The notes beneath the pieces are model-generated. The model made no database searches and had not been told where the DNA came from. It saw only the letters and a list, made by a program, of their open reading frames with translations. Positions 57,445-64,000 of a DNA stretch of 64,000 bases are shown one piece after another. The position numbers and the translations under genes were made by a program. Within the stretch, counting starts at the first letter, position 1. Every line of letters begins with the position of its first letter. Source of the stretch: an uncultured virus (IMG/VR IMGVR_UViG_3300014208_000430) (taxonomy: Duplodnaviria > Heunggongvirae > Uroviricota > Caudoviricetes); the IMG/VR virus record IMGVR_UViG_3300014208_000430, one strand, 5' to 3'.

Positions 57445-57705
57445 TTAATCCTCTAATTTATCTGGTTTCTTCCATATTATTGAAATTGAACCTTTATCTT
57501 CATTATAATCTGCATATTCAATTTCGCCATTGTTCAATCTTATAACAGATTCATAACCATTTTCAAGCATAGATGGAATTTCGTGTACATAAATAAAAGA
57601 TTCTCTAACATTTTTACTATAATAATATGGAGATGATGAATCTTCTACTATTATAACTTTTATTTTTTCTTTATTTTCTTCCATATTATTCATCTCTTTC
57701 ATCAA
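57445..57705 (-). CDS. Hypothetical protein
   Basis: ORF track. Confidence 0.5.
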   Translation of the reverse strand: MMKEMNNMEENKEKIKVIIVEDSSSPYYYSKNVRESFIYVHEIPSMLENGYESVIRLNNGEIEYADYNEDKGSISIIWKKPDKLED

Positions 57706-57816
57706 CTATTTCTGTTACATAATAACCTGTTTCATAATTTCCTTTTTCATCATATAGATACAGATGCTATATATTGTGGCATTGTTGATTTTTTGATTAC
57801 TGCTTTTATAAGGCAT

Positions 57817-58011
57817 TTATTTATCTCCTTTGTTTGAATACCAAATCATACAATTTTTATGTTTCTTTGGTATTATATCTTTCTTTTTTCTTAATAATAT
57901 TATTTGTTTCTGTGCTGTTCTATAAGCAAGATTAGGTAATTTCTTACATAACTCCTTACAAGTTTTTCCTGGTTCTTTATGTATTAAGTTTAGTAATTCT
58001 TCTTGAGTCAT
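57817..58011 (-). CDS. Winged helix-turn-helix protein
   Basis: LLNLIHKEPGKTCKEL...YRTAQKQI..LRKK..I. Confidence 0.6.
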   Translation of the reverse strand: MTQEELLNLIHKEPGKTCKELCKKLPNLAYRTAQKQIILLRKKKDIIPKKHKNCMIWYSNKGDK

Positions 58012-58018
58012 AGTTTAA

Positions 58019-58273
58019 TTATAATGAAGATAAATCTGGATTACTGTATTTAAAACCAATATATGTAATTATAATTCCTATAAATGCTCCAATTATTGAA
58101 ATTGAATATTGATTTATCAAAGCTCCAAATATTAATGAACCAAGTGAAATAAAAATTCCTAAAGGTACAATAAAACTTATTAGATCTTTGTTACATTCTG
58201 GTTTTAGAATTTCTTTTGTTTCATAATGATTATCGCATATTCTTTTTATCTTACTTAAATCTATTTTTTCCAT
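58019..58273 (-). CDS. Small membrane protein (two hydrophobic segments)
   Basis: FIVPLGIFISLGSLIFGAL; ISIIGAFIGIIITYIGF. Confidence 0.65.
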   Translation of the reverse strand: MEKIDLSKIKRICDNHYETKEILKPECNKDLISFIVPLGIFISLGSLIFGALINQYSISIIGAFIGIIITYIGFKYSNPDLSSL

Positions 58274-58287
58274 ATTTATTCACTTCA

Positions 58288-58743
58288 TTAATTTAATTTA
58301 TCTTGTATTATATGAATTCCATTTGAAGTTGACATTCCTATAACAAATGAAATTATATAAACGTAATATATTTTTGATAATTCTATTGTTCTTTCCAGAG
58401 TTTTCCATAGTAATATATTATCATCTAAGAATAATCCAAATACATATATTAATGGAATTAATAATATTATTAAGTATATTATTTTTATCATCACACCTAG
58501 TAAAATGTTGTGTGACATTCCTCTGTGTTTTGATGATTTTTTGTATATAAACCACAACCATTTGTGTTTATTATAAGGTGTGCTTCCTGTATCAAGATCA
58601 GGTGTAATATAATTAGTTCCTACTATAAATCCTATTGTATATAATGGAATTACAAAATCTTTAGTGATAATTGCTGAATAAATTGTTAAGAGTAGTATTA
58701 ACCACTCATAACATGTTTGCTGATGACGTTTGAAGTTTGGCAT
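58288..58743 (-). CDS. DUF2227-like metal-binding membrane protein (putative metal-dependent hydrolase)
   Basis: MP..K.H, TPDLD, HRGMSH, HI.QD with transmembrane segments. Confidence 0.75.
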   Translation of the reverse strand: MPNFKRHQQTCYEWLILLLTIYSAIITKDFVIPLYTIGFIVGTNYITPDLDTGSTPYNKHKWLWFIYKKSSKHRGMSHNILLGVMIKIIYLIILLIPLIYVFGLFLDDNILLWKTLERTIELSKIYYVYIISFVIGMSTSNGIHIIQDKLN

Positions 58744-58748
58744 TTAAT

Positions 58749-59000
58749 TTACGATATCAATATCAATTTCTTCTCTTTTCTTATTTTATTTTTAAAATTC
58801 TTACCGATATCTTTATCAAATTTTACTTTACTATTTGGATCATTATATTGATCATTAATCCATCCGAGATAAGTAAATTCTTTTTTTATCGTGGGTTTTA
58901 CTAGTACAGTTTTTATAGTTACATCAGGAAAGTTTATTTTACTCTTTCCTGTTCTCAGTTTTTCTGACCACTGTTGATCCATTAAAATTTGAAAATTCAT
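58749..59000 (-). CDS. Hypothetical protein
   Basis: ORF track; GGAG SD. Confidence 0.5.
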   Translation of the reverse strand: MNFQILMDQQWSEKLRTGKSKINFPDVTIKTVLVKPTIKKEFTYLGWINDQYNDPNSKVKFDKDIGKNFKNKIRKEKKLILIS

Positions 59001-59349
59001 ATTATTTACTCCTTTATTATTGCACCATTGTTTATCAATGAAAAATGTTTGTATATTTCAGAATTAGTCGGTTTTCTATTGTTAAGTATTGAAAATTCAG
59101 TCTTTGAACATAAAAGAACTATATCTACACTAATATCTCTTCCATTAATATAGATCAATCCAAAATTTGATAAGTCTGTCATTTTTTAATCCATCCTGGA
59201 CATGTCCTGTTTAACAAAGATTTTGTGTATTTTTCTATTTTAGTGTCATCATAGTCTTTTCCGTTACTTATCATACTTTTATGTATGTTTCTTATAGCTT
59301 TAAATCCAGATTCATAACCATAATCTACCATCATTCCATCCTAAAGAAT

Positions 59350-59718
59350 TTATTCTTTTGCTAACACTTTTGTTTTATAGAATTTATTTAATCCTCTTTT
59401 AAGTTCATCAACTGACTTTGAAACTTTATATTTTGAATTTAAATCTTTATTTTCTTCCATAACATCATCATATTCTTTTACCCAGTCACGTAAATCGACT
59501 AGATTTGAATCAGTTTCTGATTTTTTCACTTCTTGAATACATTTTTCTGTTTTTATATCATTTACAGTTGCTATATTTTGTCCATCAACATTAAATACAA
59601 ATGATACTTTATACCATGTGTCAGTTTTTAATTTATCATTCTTTAATAATTCTCTCGATGCTAATCTCAACTGCATTGCTGCAGGATTCTCTAATATTTC
59701 AGTTGTTTTGTTTTCCAT
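59350..59718 (-). CDS. Hypothetical protein (122 aa)
   Basis: ORF track. Confidence 0.6.
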   Translation of the reverse strand: MENKTTEILENPAAMQLRLASRELLKNDKLKTDTWYKVSFVFNVDGQNIATVNDIKTEKCIQEVKKSETDSNLVDLRDWVKEYDDVMEENKDLNSKYKVSKSVDELKRGLNKFYKTKVLAKE

Positions 59719-59720
59719 AT

Positions 59721-59963
59721 TTATACATCCTTTGTTAAATTATCTATAAATCCTTTTATTAGACATAATTTCTTATCACTACAATCTTTTTTCTTGCATA
59801 ACATATTACATTTATTATTTTCACAATATTCATCTAACTTTTTATATATCAAATTTTTAAACGTGTCTATTGTTATATATTCAAATTCTGTACCAGTCGC
59901 TTCTTCCAAAGCAATTCTTAATTGTTCTTCACAATTTTCATCGATGTTTAGTTTATTTTCCAC
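59721..59963 (-). CDS. Hypothetical Cys-containing protein; paralog of the C-terminus of 56877-57287
   Basis: GTG start behind GGAG; shared motif and identical 3' nucleotides. Confidence 0.6.
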   Translation of the reverse strand: MENKLNIDENCEEQLRIALEEATGTEFEYITIDTFKNLIYKKLDEYCENNKCNMLCKKKDCSDKKLCLIKGFIDNLTKDV

Positions 59964-59965
59964 GT

Positions 59966-60238
59966 TTATTCTCCTTCTTTAGTATCTTTCTTCATCAAAT
60001 CGTTTGAAATTACATTCTCTAAAATAAATTGAGAATGAAAAGTGTTATATGCTTCATTCAATTTATTTAGCTCTTCGAATGTCATGTGACATTTTACTAT
60101 TGCTACATTATCTACGAATGTTATTTTTTTCTTTAAAGATTCTTGTAAGTGTTCTTTAACTGATACATCTAATTTATCTATGTTAAAATTTATAGATTTA
60201 ATTATTCCATTTTTTCCGCTTTCAAAGTTGAAAAACAT
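59966..60238 (-). CDS. Hypothetical protein
   Basis: ORF track; GGAG SD. Confidence 0.55.
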   Translation of the reverse strand: MFFNFESGKNGIIKSINFNIDKLDVSVKEHLQESLKKKITFVDNVAIVKCHMTFEELNKLNEAYNTFHSQFILENVISNDLMKKDTKEGE

Positions 60239-60526
60239 ATTATTTATCTCCTTTAATTTATTGTTAATCTTGATGATGGAATATCATTACATTCAGATAC
60301 TTCATCACATATTTCATACTTTCCATAGCTCTTAAATAGACTTTCTGGCAATTTATTTTCCTTTCTACATTTATTACAATAAAACATATTATTTCTCCTT
60401 TTGATTATTCCACACTTCTGGATTTGGACAATTTAAAACATTTATCCATGAAACACCTACTTTATATATACATATTCCTTTATTATTTAACGTGCAACCT
60501 TTTAATTTACATTTAAATTCAACCAT

Positions 60527-60712
60527 TTATCCTCCAAACAACTTTCCTAATACATTTCCTATACTATCAAGAAATCCACCTTCGTCATCTTCATCCTCTT
60601 TTCTATCATCTTTTCTTCTGTCATTTATGTAATTTTCTGTTGGTTCTCTACATTCAGGACAGAATTCTGCATCCTTATTCATTATGTAGTATCCACACTT
60701 TTCACATTTCAT
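60527..60712 (-). CDS. Small zinc-ribbon protein
   Basis: CEKCG...FCPEC; acidic linker; amphipathic tail GGFLDSIGNVLGKLFGG; GGAGG SD. Confidence 0.65.
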   Translation of the reverse strand: MKCEKCGYYIMNKDAEFCPECREPTENYINDRRKDDRKEDEDDEGGFLDSIGNVLGKLFGG

Positions 60713-61206
60713 TATTTATTCCTCCCTTTACTTTTTACACAATATGTTGGACAAATTAGTTCATCTTCTACAATAATTCCATTTTCTTCTAAGTATTTTC
60801 TAATTTTTAGAGTGTCTCTATCTATGTCTGCAGACTTTCGTCTGTCAATTATTACAGCATATCCTTTGTCTTTAATTCTTTTTATTCGAACTCTGATGTT
60901 TTTAATTGATGTTACAGTTGTTTTTATTTTTATTGAACTAATTTCATATTTATAATTAAGTCTAATTAGTTCATCGATAACAGTTTTCTTTATTTTTTGT
61001 CTTATTTTATTGTCAACAATTGAATCGTTTGGTCTTTTTAATATATGTTTTACTTTATCTTGCCAAGATGTTAAGAAGTCTGGTATTCTGTCACCAATGT
61101 ATATTACATTTCTTGATAACACTTTTCCATTTGCAGTTACAGACCATGGTTTCTGTACTTTATTTATGTCATATTTCTTTTGTTCATTTGTTTTAGATTT
61201 TCTCAT
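60712..61206 (-). CDS. Basic hypothetical protein (164 aa)
   Basis: ORF track; coupled to neighbours. Confidence 0.55.
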   Translation of the reverse strand: MRKSKTNEQKKYDINKVQKPWSVTANGKVLSRNVIYIGDRIPDFLTSWQDKVKHILKRPNDSIVDNKIRQKIKKTVIDELIRLNYKYEISSIKIKTTVTSIKNIRVRIKRIKDKGYAVIIDRRKSADIDRDTLKIRKYLEENGIIVEDELICPTYCVKSKGRNK

Positions 61207-61472
61207 ATTCTATATCCTCTTATTTTTTCTTCCTTGTCTTTAGGTTCAAAGAAATGTGTGTTATAATTATCAGTTATAACTAATTTTTGTTTAAACGCTT
61301 CTGATAACGGAATCCATTTAAGTTCACGTGTTATAAGTACATCTAAATCAGATATATACATAGAAGTCATACTACCATCATCAAAGTGAACTAACACTTC
61401 ACCTACAGTTAAAGTGTTAAAACTATTTGACGTTCCCTTCACATTATTATTTTGTTTTAATCTTACAATCAT
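61203..61472 (-). CDS. Hypothetical protein (89 aa)
   Basis: ORF track. Confidence 0.55.
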   Translation of the reverse strand: MIVRLKQNNNVKGTSNSFNTLTVGEVLVHFDDGSMTSMYISDLDVLITRELKWIPLSEAFKQKLVITDNYNTHFFEPKDKEEKIRGYRI

Positions 61473-61897
61473 ATTTTATACCTTCTTACTTATTATTAAT
61501 ACTTTTAGTTCGTATGCCTAATTGATATTTGTTATAAACATAATTTGTTTTAGTGTACAATTTTCTTTCGATTCCTCCAAATGTACATGTTTTTTTTTCT
61601 TTTTTATGTTTACATGTTTCACACTCTTTTGTTAAATTTATACATCTTCCTTTTTTGATTCGAGTAAGTCGTTTCTTTTCTTTATCCAGCAATTAAAACA
61701 CAATTCATCTGGATTATCATTTTGCCATTCAGTATATGCAGATAATGATTCGAGTGATGTATTTATTATTACTACAGATTGTTTGTGTCCACATTTATAT
61801 TCTCGATAACTCATATTACCTCTTATTTGTTAATATAAAAATAACAAGAAATGTTAATATTAATATAATCATATATTCATATTTTGTTAAGCTCATA

Positions 61898-62131
61898 TTA
61901 ATCATCTTTCTTATTTTCTAAGTAAAAGATAACTGCCATTCTTAAACTTTCCTGAACACTTTTACCTGTTATATCTAATAAACGTTGTCTTTCATCTTTA
62001 TGTAAAAGAGTTTGTGTATGATAATATTCTCCATGAAATTTGCATATTCTTCCTATTTTCCTTTCGGATCTTAGGTTAGAATCTAATTTCTTTCGTTTTT
62101 TTCTTATATTATTCAATGTTTCGATTGACAT
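61898..62131 (-). CDS. Ribbon-helix-helix-like DNA-binding protein
   Basis: HTQTLL...RLLDITGKSVQESLRMAVIFYLE; from memory it resembles euryarchaeal DUF5371-type proteins (unverified). Confidence 0.5.
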   Translation of the reverse strand: MSIETLNNIRKKRKKLDSNLRSERKIGRICKFHGEYYHTQTLLHKDERQRLLDITGKSVQESLRMAVIFYLENKKDD

Positions 62132-62282
62132 ATTTATTCAATCCTAAGTTCAACACATCTTTTACATTCATCACTTTTCGGTGTAAGATTATATTCACAT
62201 AACCAAACTTCATCTGAATTTTCATCAAATGTAAGTTCAGAATGTCTACATTTACGACAACATATATCTTCTACTGTCATAA

Positions 62283-62534
62283 TTATACATCTCTTAATAA
62301 ACATGACCATCCAATATATGGATTATATTCATATTCATATTTATAACAATATATATAAACATATTCAGTATCATGATATATAGTTATTTTATCGTTATTA
62401 TCAGTATTTGGATAAACAACATCAACAATTTCTAGTCTTTTAGAAGAGCTTTCTTTTGATGTTACTTTATTCACACAACCAGCAATTAATATTGCTAAGA
62501 TTAATATTCCAATTACTAATTTTTTATCTACCAT
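62283..62534 (-). CDS. Small putative archaeal lipoprotein
   Basis: MVDKKLVIGILILAILIAGC lipobox-like signal; GAGGTG SD. Confidence 0.65.
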   Translation of the reverse strand: MVDKKLVIGILILAILIAGCVNKVTSKESSSKRLEIVDVVYPNTDNNDKITIYHDTEYVYIYCYKYEYEYNPYIGWSCLLRDV

Positions 62535-63100
62535 TTCACATACACCTCACGTTCGCCTTTTGATACTCCATAGACTTTGTGATTATATTTAAAGTTTTGA
62601 CCTGTTTTTCCAGCAAGATAAAATCTTTCTGTCATTAAAAGATCGTTTCTAAGATATTCTTTTACTTGTTCCTTATGACCTTCTCGCCACATCTTCGGTA
62701 CATCGATACTTGCTTCAGTTTTTGATAATCCAAAGTTTCTCGTGCAGATGTCATTTAGGGATACCCATCCTGCATCACCAGTAAATTTATCAAATTCTAA
62801 CATTGTGTCAAAAAGTTTTGAATTAAATATTTTCATTGCTTCTTTGTCTATATAATGTTTCAATACACGTGCATCGAACTGGATTATATTATGTCCAACG
62901 ATTTTATCAGCATTTACAATCAGTTCAAATATTAGATCTTCAATATTTTCCTCTTCATAAGTTTGATATTGACCATTATACAATGTTCCAAGTTCTGCAA
63001 TTCCAATGTTTTTATAATTTTCTTCTTTTTTCCAACCTCCTTCAAAATCTGTCATCAAATATTTTGTTTCGATATCTAAATATATTACATCTTCATCCAT
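62528..63100 (-). CDS. RNase H-like DEDD 3'-5' exonuclease (RNase_H_2/YprB-like)
   Basis: YLDIET, IVGHNIIQFD, SLNDI, EYLRND. Confidence 0.85.
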   Translation of the reverse strand: MDEDVIYLDIETKYLMTDFEGGWKKEENYKNIGIAELGTLYNGQYQTYEEENIEDLIFELIVNADKIVGHNIIQFDARVLKHYIDKEAMKIFNSKLFDTMLEFDKFTGDAGWVSLNDICTRNFGLSKTEASIDVPKMWREGHKEQVKEYLRNDLLMTERFYLAGKTGQNFKYNHKVYGVSKGEREVYVKW

Positions 63101-63261
63101 ATTATTTCCTATAACTAATTTCTATAACAAAGTCCTGGAATAAAAATAAATCCAAGTAAACACCAAGGACTTTTTGTAACATATAATCCTAATACTACAG
63201 CAATCGTAATTCCAATCGATAATACTGCATGTGCAGCTTCAACACTTAATTTAATTTCCAT

Positions 63262-63522
63262 TTAAAATTCACTTTCCTTAAACTTTTTATCTAAATGTTC
63301 AATTGCCGAATCTCTCATTAAATCAACAATTTCTAAATAATCTATTTCTGAATAATCATTTCTTAGTGATCTCCAGATTTGAATTACCATACCTTTATCT
63401 TCTATAAGTTTTATTTCACTATCTTTTAATATCATTTCAATCTTCCCCCACCACTCTTTATCATTCCATTTTTCTCTTAATTCATGAATTGCTCTATCTT
63501 CTAATGAAAATCTTGTCATCAT
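63262..63522 (-). CDS. Hypothetical protein
   Basis: ORF track. Confidence 0.5.
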   Translation of the reverse strand: MMTRFSLEDRAIHELREKWNDKEWWGKIEMILKDSEIKLIEDKGMVIQIWRSLRNDYSEIDYLEIVDLMRDSAIEHLDKKFKESEF

Positions 63523-63698
63523 TGTTTGAATTAATTATGTTAAATTATTTCGTTCATCTTGCATTTGTTTATGAATAATTTCTATCGATTCTTTATCACG
63601 ACCATTTGCACGAATTAAGTCTGACATTCTTCTTAATATTTTTTGATACTCTTGTTCTATTCCATTAGGTCTATATGTAAATTCTAACATATCCATAT

Positions 63699-63926
63699 TT
63701 AATCATCCTCATCAAACCAATTTTGAATTATAATATTTCCTACAAACTGATCTTTTAGTTTATTTACTGGTAGTTCTAACATTCTTCCATCTTCATTACA
63801 AATTACATTTCCAACATATTCGATGTAACCTCCAACAAACTCTTGCATTTCTTTTAGAGTCATTTTATCTACATCTGATATTATTCCATCAGATGTTATT
63901 TTTGTAAATTTTAGTTTATCTGTCAT
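63699..63926 (-). CDS. DUF3846-like protein
   Basis: TLKEMQEFVGGYIE...ICNEDG...LPVN...VGNII; GGAG SD. Confidence 0.7.
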   Translation of the reverse strand: MTDKLKFTKITSDGIISDVDKMTLKEMQEFVGGYIEYVGNVICNEDGRMLELPVNKLKDQFVGNIIIQNWFDEDD

Positions 63927-64000
63927 AATTTACTCCAAACTCTTCAATTGTTCTAATAACCATTCCTTTGCTTTCTTTTTATCTATTTTGATAAACATAG

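Noticed and set aside
9301..62530. Genome-wide TAG reassignment
   Set aside because: Many genes end at TAG that overlaps the next gene's SD and is soon followed by TAA (e.g. 9301, 12772, 15838, 20208); I found only one clear internal TAG (47627).
474..63114. Many plus-strand ORFs in the track (e.g. 474-713, 3164-3538, 4956-5309, 10869-11198, 35644-35916, 42166-42519)
   Set aside because: Antisense shadows of well-supported minus-strand genes, rich in Phe/Ser/Leu/Ile and lacking motifs.
1..64000. Definite assignment as a Borg or as a tailed (HK97-type) virus
   Set aside because: No dense tandem-repeat arrays, multiheme cytochromes or terminal repeats visible; no terminase, portal or tail genes recognised in this window.

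Overview
A very AT-rich, gene-dense 64-kb segment of a large archaeal virus or extrachromosomal element. Archaeal evidence: BRE/TATA promoters and GGAG/GAGGT/GGTGA Shine-Dalgarno motifs. All convincing genes but two are on the minus strand. Modules in coordinate order: (1) 1-5850, a probable virion-structure region with a secreted beta-helix protein, a GC-richer beta-rich putative single-jelly-roll capsid protein, a putative membrane/scaffold protein, and a tandem array of eight tiny Lys/Arg-rich, Cys-containing, protamine-like proteins, six of them missed by the ORF track. (2) 7955-34494, a ~26.5-kb glycan biosynthesis/modification island: a C3-methyl-deoxyhexose pathway, many glycosyltransferase-like genes, methyltransferases, two B12-dependent and two SPASM/twitch-type radical SAM enzymes. 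(3) 34752-39375, an operon with two diverged paralogs of the putative capsid protein. (4) 39376-44927, an origin-like non-coding region (iteron-like direct repeats, nested palindrome) beside a D5-type SF3 helicase. (5) 45160-64000, many small accessory genes: HNH nuclease, SET methyltransferase, bacterial-type CCA/HD enzyme, AEP-like protein, an amber-interrupted P-loop kinase and a DEDD exonuclease. No rRNA, tRNA, CRISPR array, integrase, terminase/portal or DNA polymerase was recognised. All calls come from motif reading by eye, with no database searches.
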